A stretch of DNA of 37,283 bases from a virus. Its lineage: Duplodnaviria; Caudoviricetes. Below, one piece after another: positions 37,130-37,283 of the stretch (position 1 is the stretch's first letter; the number at the start of each line of letters is the position of its first letter). The position numbers and the translations under genes are program-made. The notes beneath the pieces were generated by a model that saw only the letters and a list, made by a program, of their open reading frames with translations, was not told where the DNA came from and ran no database searches. The stretch covers positions 1-37,283 of the IMG/VR virus record IMGVR_UViG_3300043036_000110, one strand, 5' to 3'.

Positions 37130-37160
37130 ATTTAACCTCCGTTGTAATGAGTATTGTTCT

Positions 37161-37239
37161 TGGCTCCGGATGTCGGAATCGAACCGACCTAACCATTGAT
37201 TAACAGTCAAGCCCATGCACCTTGCTCGGGTTTTCCGGA
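37161..37239 (-). tRNA. tRNA-Asn(GTT)
   Basis: TTGA-CT-GTT-AA-TCAA anticodon arm; TTCGATT T-loop; GCCA end. Confidence 0.9.
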
Positions 37240-37283
37240 ATAAATAAGTATGAGAGGTAACCCATACTTGTTCTTAGTACTTC

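Noticed and set aside
36659-37216. ORF 36659..36895(+) and the 37130..37216 extension of the HNH ORF
   Set aside because: Both overlap tRNA genes; the HNH has a strong SD at ATG 37129.
36300-37283. Suppressor tRNAs, alternative genetic code or tRNA-associated ribozymes
   Set aside because: All anticodons are sense, long genes are intact in the standard code, and the spacers are too short for HDV-like ribozymes.

Overview
The window is about 37 kb of a tailed dsDNA phage genome with podovirus-type architecture. The embedded Rz/Rz1 spanin pair indicates a Gram-negative host. Positions 1-2.2 kb hold small leftward (probably early) genes separated by repeated structured intergenic elements. An AT-rich divergent junction follows at about 2.22-2.47 kb. 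The long rightward morphogenesis operon runs: TerL, portal, scaffold, major capsid (phiEco32/SU10-like), adaptor, tail fibre, a four-gene radical SAM cassette, lysis genes, a short fibre, PhoH, nozzle, ejection proteins and a 1203-aa T7/N4-family single-subunit RNA polymerase. It ends at a bidirectional terminator. A leftward block carries a Dps/ferritin gene, 7 tRNA genes and an HNH endonuclease. Three items stand out. (1) A fibre-like protein ending in YNCNCACNCNCC is tightly coupled to an unknown protein, a 2OG-Fe(II) oxygenase and a radical SAM/SPASM enzyme, which suggests RiPP-like modification of a virion protein. (2) The first leftward gene and its leader are almost free of adenine on the mRNA strand, while its paralogue nearby has normal composition. 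(3) A probable virion-packaged RNA polymerase sits outside an N4-type gene layout. All calls come from reading motifs by eye; no database searches were run.
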